A stretch of DNA of 64,000 nucleotides from an uncultured Actinomycetes bacterium (GTDB taxonomy: Bacteria > Actinomycetota > Thermoleophilia > UBA2241), in NCBI GenBank assembly GCA_963733255.1, contig CAVTCH010000019.1, positions 303,791 through 367,790 on the forward strand, written 5' to 3'. The position numbers and the translations under genes were made by a program. Below are positions 54,776-64,000 of the stretch, one piece after another (position 1 is the stretch's first letter; the number at the start of each line of letters is the position of its first letter). Below the pieces are notes generated by a model. The model was not told where the DNA came from, searched no databases, and saw nothing but the letters and a program-made list of their open reading frames with translations.

Positions 54776-54811
54776 GGGGGCGGCGGTCCGCCGCTGCGGA
54801 CCGCCGCCCCC
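54776..54811 (-). terminator. Hairpin after rpsA
   Basis: GGGGGCGGCGGTCCGC-CGCT-GCGGACCGCCGCCCCC. Confidence 0.7.
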
Positions 54812-54835
54812 TGACGGGGTCGATCTGCCGTGCGC

Positions 54836-56380
54836 CTACGCTTCGGGAGCCGGCTCGTCGGGCGCTTCGGAGGCCGCGTCCGCGTCGCCGTCGGTCGCGG
54901 CGGCTTCGCCTGCGGCGTCGTCCGCGTGAGCGTCGGTGTCGTCGGCGCCGGCGTCGGAGCCGGCCGGGAAGACCTCGTCGCTCAGGCCGAGCGTCGGGGC
55001 GTCGGCGGCCTCGTCGGCCGCGACGGTCTCGGCGATCGCTTCGGCGACGGCCTCTTCTTCGGCGACCTCTTCGATCACGGCTTCAGCCACCTCGTCGGCC
55101 ACCTCGTCGGCGGCCACCGTCTCGGCGATCTCCTCGGCGACGGCCTCTTCTTCGGCGACCTCTTCGACGGCCTCGGCGGCGAGCGCCTCGTCTTCTTCCG
55201 ACTCCGGAGGCTCAGGCTTGATCAGGGGCTCGACGGTCTGCCCCTCGACGCGCTTGATGCTGAGGCTCAGGCGGCGACGATCAGAGTCGATCTCGATGAC
55301 CTTGACCAGCACCTGCTGGCTGACCGAGACGACCTCGTCGGGACGCTCGACGTGCCGGTTGGCAAGCTCGGAGATGTGCACGAGACCCTCGATGCCCTCG
55401 TAGATCTCGACGAAGGCGCCGAAGGCCACGATCTTGGTGACGCGGCCCTGGACGACGTCGCCGATGCGGTGCTCGGCGACGATCTTCTGCCAGGGGTCTT
55501 CCTGGGTCTGCTTGAGGCCCAGGCTGATGCGCTGACGGTCGCGGTCGATGTCGAGTACCTTGACCTTGACCTCCTGGTTGACCTGCAGCACTTCGGAGGG
55601 GTGGTTGATGTGGGTCCACGACAGCTCGGAGATGTGGATGAGGCCGTCGATGCCGTCGAGGTCGACGAAAGCGCCGAAGTCGACGATGTTCGAGATGGTG
55701 CCGGTGACGATGTCGCCGACGTTCAGCTCGTCGATGATCTGCTGGCGGACCTCCTTACGCTCCTCTTCGAGGACCGCGCGGCGGCTCAGCACGACGTTGT
55801 TGCGGTTGCGGTTCATCTCGATGACGCGGCAGGAGAGCTCCTGGCCGACGTATTCGGAGAGGTCCTGTACCCGGCGGATGTCGACCAGCGAGGCGGGCAG
55901 GAAGCCACGCACGCCCAGGTCGAGGATCAGGCCGCCCTTGACGACCTCGATGACCGTGCCCTGCACCGGCACGCCGCTCTCGTGCGCCTCTTCGATGCGC
56001 TTCCAGGCCTTCTCGAAGCGCGCCCGCTTCTTGGACAGGATAAGTCGCCCGTCGGCGTCTTCCTTCTGCATGACGAGCGCGTCGATCTCTTCGCCGAGCT
56101 GGACTTCGTCGGAGGTGTTGACCGACTTGCGGATCGACAGCTCGCTGACGGGAATGACCCCTTCGGACTTGTAGCCGATGTCGACCAGCACCTCGTCCTT
56201 GTCGATGCGCACCACGGTGCCGGTGACGATGTCGCCCTCACTGAAGATGTTGATCGTGAGGTCGTAGTTGGGGACGATCTGGCCGTCGACCTCGGTGAGG
56301 TAGCCCTCGCTGTCGGCGATGATCTGGGCGTTCTCGGGGGAGATGTGGACGGGGGCGGCTTCTTGCGTGTTCTCGGTCAT
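54836..56380 (-). CDS. rpsA: 30S ribosomal protein S1 (four S1 domains plus acidic tail)
   Basis: VDIGYKSEG, GFLPASLV, DFGAFVDL, GLVHISEL; extended -10 TGGTACAAT at 56479-56487. Confidence 0.96.
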   Translation of the reverse strand: MTENTQEAAPVHISPENAQIIADSEGYLTEVDGQIVPNYDLTINIFSEGDIVTGTVVRIDKDEVLVDIGYKSEGVIPVSELSIRKSVNTSDEVQLGEEIDALVMQKEDADGRLILSKKRARFEKAWKRIEEAHESGVPVQGTVIEVVKGGLILDLGVRGFLPASLVDIRRVQDLSEYVGQELSCRVIEMNRNRNNVVLSRRAVLEEERKEVRQQIIDELNVGDIVTGTISNIVDFGAFVDLDGIDGLIHISELSWTHINHPSEVLQVNQEVKVKVLDIDRDRQRISLGLKQTQEDPWQKIVAEHRIGDVVQGRVTKIVAFGAFVEIYEGIEGLVHISELANRHVERPDEVVSVSQQVLVKVIEIDSDRRRLSLSIKRVEGQTVEPLIKPEPPESEEDEALAAEAVEEVAEEEAVAEEIAETVAADEVADEVAEAVIEEVAEEEAVAEAIAETVAADEAADAPTLGLSDEVFPAGSDAGADDTDAHADDAAGEAAATDGDADAASEAPDEPAPEA

Positions 56381-56539
56381 ATCGGTAGCTTGCCTTCCTT
56401 TCCGGCGTGCGTCGCGGTCCGTAGCTGACAGAAATGACTCTTGACCCTGAAGGACCGCAGCGGGTCGCGAGTCCTGCGATTGTACCACCCGCAGTGTTCT
56501 CTCAGCCAGGCTTTGGGGAGGCGCGGTCGGGCCGCTCGC

Positions 56540-59167
<2,628 letters not shown>

Positions 59168-59255
59168 GGACCAATACTACCGCGAACGCCGCCGGCGACG
59201 ACGGAGAGCGGGCGGCGCGACACCGACTTCGGCCACGGGCAAAGGAGCGACCGAC

Positions 59256-59687
59256 ATGGGCAGCAGCGAGTTCACACGGGGCCGCACGATCGTCGCCCGC
59301 CTGGCGCACGGCGCCGACCTTCTCGACGAGATCGTGACTCTCGCGCACCACCATGGGATCGAGTCGGGCGCGTTGCAGGGCCTGGGCGCCCTGCAGCGCG
59401 CCCGGCTCGCCTTTTACGACCAGAGCGGCAAGAGCTACAAGGAGTTCCTCCTCGAGGAGCCGCTCGAGTTGACGGCACTGTCCGGCAACCTCTCACGGCG
59501 CGACGAGGCGCACACGGCGCACGTGCACCTGACGCTGGCCGCACCCGACGGCAGAGCGTTCGGCGGCCACGCGGCGCCGGGCTGCATCGTGTTCGCCTGC
59601 GAGCTGATCGTCACCGAGCTCCTGGGTCCGCCGCTGGAACGCGCCTACGACGGGGTCACCGGCCTGCCTCTCTGGCGCGGGTTCTAG
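59256..59687 (+). CDS. PPC/DUF296 domain protein
   Basis: RLAHGADL, GLGAL, ELTALSGN, HVH, FGGH motifs; ATG with AAGGAG. Confidence 0.88.
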   Translation: MGSSEFTRGRTIVARLAHGADLLDEIVTLAHHHGIESGALQGLGALQRARLAFYDQSGKSYKEFLLEEPLELTALSGNLSRRDEAHTAHVHLTLAAPDGRAFGGHAAPGCIVFACELIVTELLGPPLERAYDGVTGLPLWRGF

Positions 59688-59694
59688 GCCCTGC

Positions 59695-60852
59695 TCACGG
59701 CGCAGCGGCCCGGGGGGACAGACGGGTGATCACGCCGACGCCGCCGACGACCGTGCCGTCGCCGTCTGTGTCCGGCTGTGTGTGCAGGCTGATGACGCCG
59801 CTCACGCCCTCGACCGACAGGTGGGGCCCGTCGTACGACGACTCCCGGCCGGCCAGGGCGGCGGTGAGGGCTGCTTCGCAGGACCGTCCGCAGAGCCCCC
59901 GCAGATCGGCCCCGTAGCAGTCCTCCCGCGATCTCGCCATCATCGTCGCGAAGGCGTGGTTGCAGGCGGCCACGCGCAGGTCGTGATCGAAGAGGAAGAT
60001 GCCGACCGAGGCGCGCTCGAACAGCGAGCGGTACAGACGCTCCGAGCGCATCAGCTCCTCTTCGGCCCGGCGGCGCTCCGTCATGTCCCGGATGATCACC
60101 ACCACGCCGCCGTCCGGCAGCGCCACATGGCGTCCTTCGAAGAAGGCGCGCCCCGCGGCCGGGGTGTCGACGGCGGCCTCGAAGGTCTGGACCTGGTGCG
60201 ACAGCCGCGCGGCCGCGATCGCCTTGCGCACACCACGGCCCATCGCGGCCGGCAGGAACTCTTCGGGGCGGCGACCGACGACGTCGTCGGACGTGACGTA
60301 GGCGTCGAACCCCGAGCCGATGTTGAAATCGACCACGCAGCCCTCGGGATCGAGCCTGAAGTAGAGGTCGGGCAGCGCGTGCAGCACGCCGTGGAGCTCG
60401 TCGACGACCGCGGCGTAGAGGGTCTCGGCTCGCTTCTGCGCCGTGATGTCGGTCATCGTGAGGACGGCGCCGGTCGCGCGACCGCGCTCGTCGGGCGGCA
60501 GCGGGTGGCCGTCCACCAGCAGCCAGGCCGGTTCGCCCGCGCCCTCGAGATCGGCGCCGACGACCGTGGGGGTGATGCTGCCCCCGGCGCACAGGCCGGT
60601 GAGGGCTCGGGCATCGAGATCGCCCAGCGGGCGCCCGTCTTCGACGAAGGGCGCGGCCGGCAGCCAGTCGTAGTCGGTGAGCGAGCGACCGACGATCGCG
60701 GACCGGCTGAGACCGAGCATCTCGGAGGCGGAGCGATTGCAGTCGACGATGATCGCGCGCGCGTCGCAGATGATGACGCCGCTCGAGATGGCGTCGCCCA
60801 GGAGCTGACCCAGGTCGTGCACCGCCGTCGCCGTGACTGATCGCCGCCCCAT
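59695..60852 (-). CDS. Multi-PAS domain protein with no output domain
   Basis: Three PAS/PAC units with linkers TDITAQKRAE and RDMTERRRAEEEL; ends directly after the third PAS. Confidence 0.8.
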   Translation of the reverse strand: MGRRSVTATAVHDLGQLLGDAISSGVIICDARAIIVDCNRSASEMLGLSRSAIVGRSLTDYDWLPAAPFVEDGRPLGDLDARALTGLCAGGSITPTVVGADLEGAGEPAWLLVDGHPLPPDERGRATGAVLTMTDITAQKRAETLYAAVVDELHGVLHALPDLYFRLDPEGCVVDFNIGSGFDAYVTSDDVVGRRPEEFLPAAMGRGVRKAIAAARLSHQVQTFEAAVDTPAAGRAFFEGRHVALPDGGVVVIIRDMTERRRAEEELMRSERLYRSLFERASVGIFLFDHDLRVAACNHAFATMMARSREDCYGADLRGLCGRSCEAALTAALAGRESSYDGPHLSVEGVSGVISLHTQPDTDGDGTVVGGVGVITRLSPRAAAP

Positions 60853-61048
60853 GCGCCCCTCGTCGCCGCCGTCGAGTCGACCACGCGAAGTGGCACGTCG
60901 GTCCCGCGATCAGACCGGCCGCACCACCGCGTCGTTCCGCCCTCGATGATGATTAGACAGCACGCAGCCGTGGACTAGCCAGCGTGTACGAGGGCGGTCG
61001 GAGAGGGCCGTGCCGCGGAGGCGGCGCAGAGAGCCGAGAGAGGTGGGA

Positions 61049-61137
61049 TGGTGTCGGAAGGGGGACTTGAACCCCCATGAGGAAATGCCCTCACTAGGCC
61101 CTCAACCTAGCGCGTCTACCAATTCCGCCATTCCGAC
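61049..61137 (-). tRNA. tRNA-Leu (anticodon GAG)
   Basis: GTCGGAATGGCGGAATTGGTAGACGCG-CTAGG-TT-GAG-GG-CCTAG, long variable arm, GTTCAAG T-loop, encoded CCA. Confidence 0.96.
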
Positions 61138-61574
61138 ACACACGTGCCCGGGCGCCCAGAGCCCGGACGAGGAAGTATAGATGCCCGCCACAGCCCGGTC
61201 AACGCGCCGCGAGGCGGTTGGCGGCGCCCAGCGGAAGTGCGGCGGGCGGGCCGGGGATACCCGGCCCGCCCGCCGTTCGCTCTGCCCGTCGGCGGCGCCA
61301 GACGGAACGGACTTGCCTCGTGGGCGCCGGCGGACCAGCCGCCGCGCGCCCGCACCGGGGCCGCCCCGGCGAGGACCGCTCAATGGCGCCACAGTGCGCC
61401 GCCGACAGACTGGTCTGGCGACTGCGACGAAGGCCAACGGCCTTCTGCTGCGACTATAGGACGACGGCCGTGTCATGACAACGTAGACGTTGCGACGTGG
61501 ACGTTGGCCGGCAACGGCCTCGCCGGGGAACGGCGGAGATAGACTTGCGGCAAGCGCGGCGGCGACGAGCCCGG

Positions 61575-61670
61575 CACGCGCCTGCTCGCACCGGCGCACG
61601 GCTGCTCACACCGGTGCACGGCTGCCGCGGCGCACGGCTGCTCACACCATCGCACGGCTGCCGCGGCGCG
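61575..61670. repeat. Short tandem repeat upstream of the DUF72 gene
   Basis: GCACGGCTGC core x4 plus one degenerate copy, in alternating 20/16-bp units (36-bp period). Confidence 0.75.
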
Positions 61671-61689
61671 CGCCACCGCCGGAGGTCAG

Positions 61690-62694
61690 ATGACCCGCAC
61701 CAAAGCGACACGCATCCTGGTCGGCAACTGCTCCTGGACCGACCCCACGCTGATCGCCTCCGGCGGCTTCTATCCGGCGGGCGTCACGAGCGCCGCCGGA
61801 CGCCTGGGCTTCTACGCCTCCCAGTTTCCCATCGTCGAGGTCGACTCCACGTTCTACGGTCCACCGAACGCCCGCAACGCCCAGCTCTGGGCCGAACGCA
61901 CGCCCCCCGGTTTCATCTTCGACGTCAAGGCGTTCGCCCTCCTCACGGGCCACGGCGCCCCGCCCGAGCGGCTCACACCCGACCTGCAGGCGCTCGTGCC
62001 GCCCCTGGCCGCCGGCAAGCGCAACGTGTACCTGCGCGATCTGCCGCCCCAGGGCGAGGCGCTGCTTTGGGAGACTCACCGCCGCGCCCTGGCGCCGCTC
62101 CAGGCCGCCGGCAAGCTCGGCGCGGTGCTGTTCCAGTTCCCGCCCTGGTTTCGGGCCGGTCACGCCGGTCGCGAGCACATCCGCAAGGCGGCCGCCGAGC
62201 TGCACCCCTTCCCCATCGCCGTCGAGTTCCGCGGTGGAGGCTGGCTCAGCGACGAAGCTTCCACCGCCCGCACGTTGTCGTTCCTCGAACACGAAGGCGT
62301 CGCCTACGTCTCGGTCGACGAGCCCCAGGGGTTCTCCAACAGTACGCCGCCGCTGGCGGTCGCCACGGCCGACCTCGCGGTCGTGCGCTTCCACGGCCGC
62401 AACCGCGAGACCTGGCAGGTACGCGGCCGCGCCGCGTCCGACCGCTTCAAGTACCTCTACGACGAGACCGAGCTCGGCGAGTGGGTGCCGCAGATCCGCA
62501 CGCTCGCTGCCCGCGCCGCGAGCGTGCACGTGCTCTTCAACAACAACTACCGCGACTTCGGCGTGCGCAACGCCCGCCAGATGACCTCGCTCCTCGGCCT
62601 CGCCGGCGGCGGCTCCGCCGGTCTTGACGAGCACGGCGGCCTGCCGCCCGGCGACGACGGTCGCGGATCTCCCGGGCAGGCGCGGCTCCTGTAG
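61690..62694 (+). CDS. DUF72 (YecE-like) protein
   Basis: GNCSW, VEVDSTFY, FDVKA, LFQFPPW, VEFR, VRFHGRN, YLY, FNN motifs. Confidence 0.92.
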   Translation: MTRTKATRILVGNCSWTDPTLIASGGFYPAGVTSAAGRLGFYASQFPIVEVDSTFYGPPNARNAQLWAERTPPGFIFDVKAFALLTGHGAPPERLTPDLQALVPPLAAGKRNVYLRDLPPQGEALLWETHRRALAPLQAAGKLGAVLFQFPPWFRAGHAGREHIRKAAAELHPFPIAVEFRGGGWLSDEASTARTLSFLEHEGVAYVSVDEPQGFSNSTPPLAVATADLAVVRFHGRNRETWQVRGRAASDRFKYLYDETELGEWVPQIRTLAARAASVHVLFNNNYRDFGVRNARQMTSLLGLAGGGSAGLDEHGGLPPGDDGRGSPGQARLL

Positions 62695-62866
62695 CCGCAC
62701 GCTCCGCCGGCGCCGCCGAACAGCCGTCGGCCACGCGCCGTACGGCCGCCGCCCGCGTGCCTGCCGCCACGGCGTCACCGACGCGCACGAACGCCGGCGC
62801 CCAAAACCGATATCATTGTCCCCTTGGGAACGGGCGCGGCGGGAGGTTGCGATGGAGGTTCCGGGC

Positions 62867-64000
62867 ATGACGCGCGACGAGCGACTCGCGCTCAAAGACG
62901 AGGCCGTCGGACTGCTTTCCCGACTTTTGCAGGCCGATACCACAAACCCGCCCGGCAACGAGACCCGCGCCGCGCTCGTGCTGGCCGAGTACTTCGCCGC
63001 CAACGGCCTCGAAGCGCGGCTCATCGGCGACCTGCCGGACCGCCAGAACCTGATCGTACGGCTGGCCGGCACGCGGCCCGGACCGACGCTCGGACTCCTC
63101 GGCCACCTCGACGTCGTGCCGGCCGAACCCGATGAGTGGGCTCTGCCGCCGTTCTCCGGCGCGGTGCGCGACGGCTACGTATGGGGACGCGGCGCCACCG
63201 ACATGAAAAACCAGGTGGCGGCCCAGGCCGTGGCTGTGGCGCGCCTGGCCCGCGAGCACGCGCCGTTCGCCGGCGAGCTGCTGTTCATCGCCACGGCCGA
63301 CGAGGAGCGCGGCGACTACTGCGGCGCGCGCTGGCTGGCCACGCAGCACCCCGAGCTCGTGCGCTGCGACTTTCTGCTGAACGAGGGCGGCGGCACCTAC
63401 TCGGTCGTCGACGGCGTCCGCCTCTACCCTCTGACCGTCGGCGAGAAAGCCTTCGCCGACTTTCGCATCACCGTCCACGGCCGTGGTGGTCACGGCTCGG
63501 TGCCGCTCCACGATCTGAACCCGATCGAGCGCCTCGGCCGGGTCATCGCGGCCCTCGCCGATCACGACGCCGGCGTGGCCGTGGCCCCGTTCACCGCCCG
63601 CTACATCGACCGTCTCGTTGCGGATCCCGCCCTGCGTGAGCGCCTCAAGGACCCGGCGCTCGCGCGCCCCGCCGTCCGGGAGCTGCACCGCACCGACCCC
63701 GAAGCCGCCTACCTGATCGAGCCGTTGCTCGGCTTGACCTTCTCGCCGACGATCCTGCACGGCGGCGGCGAAGCGGTCAACGTCATCCCCTCGCATGCCA
63801 CGGTCGACATCGATTGCCGCATGCTGCCCGGACAGGGGCCCGACGACGTGCGCCGCGAGCTCGACGCCGCGCTTGCCGGCATCGATGGCTGGGAGTTCGC
63901 CTGGACCGACCTCACCGACGGCAACGAGTCGTCGGTGCCCACGCCGCTGAGTGAGGCGATCGAGCGGGTCATGGACGGCCTGGTGCCGGGGGCCGAGGTC
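62867..64000 (+). CDS. M20/M25/M40 family metallo-hydrolase (3' end beyond the window)
   Basis: DTTNPPGNE, GHLDVVP, WGRGATDMK, ADEE, NEGG, GGHGS, VNVIP in one open frame to the window edge. Confidence 0.92.
   Translation, partial: MTRDERLALKDEAVGLLSRLLQADTTNPPGNETRAALVLAEYFAANGLEARLIGDLPDRQNLIVRLAGTRPGPTLGLLGHLDVVPAEPDEWALPPFSGAVRDGYVWGRGATDMKNQVAAQAVAVARLAREHAPFAGELLFIATADEERGDYCGARWLATQHPELVRCDFLLNEGGGTYSVVDGVRLYPLTVGEKAFADFRITVHGRGGHGSVPLHDLNPIERLGRVIAALADHDAGVAVAPFTARYIDRLVADPALRERLKDPALARPAVRELHRTDPEAAYLIEPLLGLTFSPTILHGGGEAVNVIPSHATVDIDCRMLPGQGPDDVRRELDAALAGIDGWEFAWTDLTDGNESSVPTPLSEAIERVMDGLVPGAEV

Noticed and set aside
59695-61137. Integrated element at tRNA-Leu
   Set aside because: No integrase, no duplicated tRNA 3' end noticed, no obvious compositional shift.

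Overview
Very GC-rich bacterial chromosomal window, mostly core genes on the minus strand. Gene content (WhiA, SigB/F-type sigmas, Gram-positive LexA box, 6S-like RNA after aspS, type IV pili) suggests a deep-branching actinobacterium such as Thermoleophilia (inference). Order: type IV pilus locus (two tandem pilin copies, c-di-GMP-I riboswitch, SigB/F-type sigma, pilC, pilT, pilB, aroE); ruvX, alaS; SigB/RsbW-like/DUF948 module; mnmA, iscU, iscS, Rrf2; 6S RNA; aspS, hisS, MBL hydrolase, rel, recJ; PPIase; opp ABC transporter; secG, gpmI, tpiA, pgk, gap; whiA, yvcK, rapZ, ogt, uvrC; a large FG-GAP/Ig surface protein on the plus strand; uvrA, DUF2284, uvrB (SOS box); transglycosylase, coaE, rpsA, polA; DUF296; PAS-only protein; tRNA-Leu; DUF72; M20 peptidase (partial). 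Top observations: (1) mnmA has no nearby start codon and joins iscU through an A7 slippery run in the -1 frame, giving a candidate recoded IscU-MnmA fusion; (2) two tandem pilin genes share an identical block of at least 130 bp starting exactly at the G|F cleavage site and carry complementary lesions, resembling an expression-locus/silent-cassette system; (3) the pilus locus has sigma28-like promoters, a c-di-GMP riboswitch, a MshEN motif and its own extra sigma factor. Items 1 and 2 could be sequencing or assembly errors and need read-level checks. All calls are by eye; no database searches were run.
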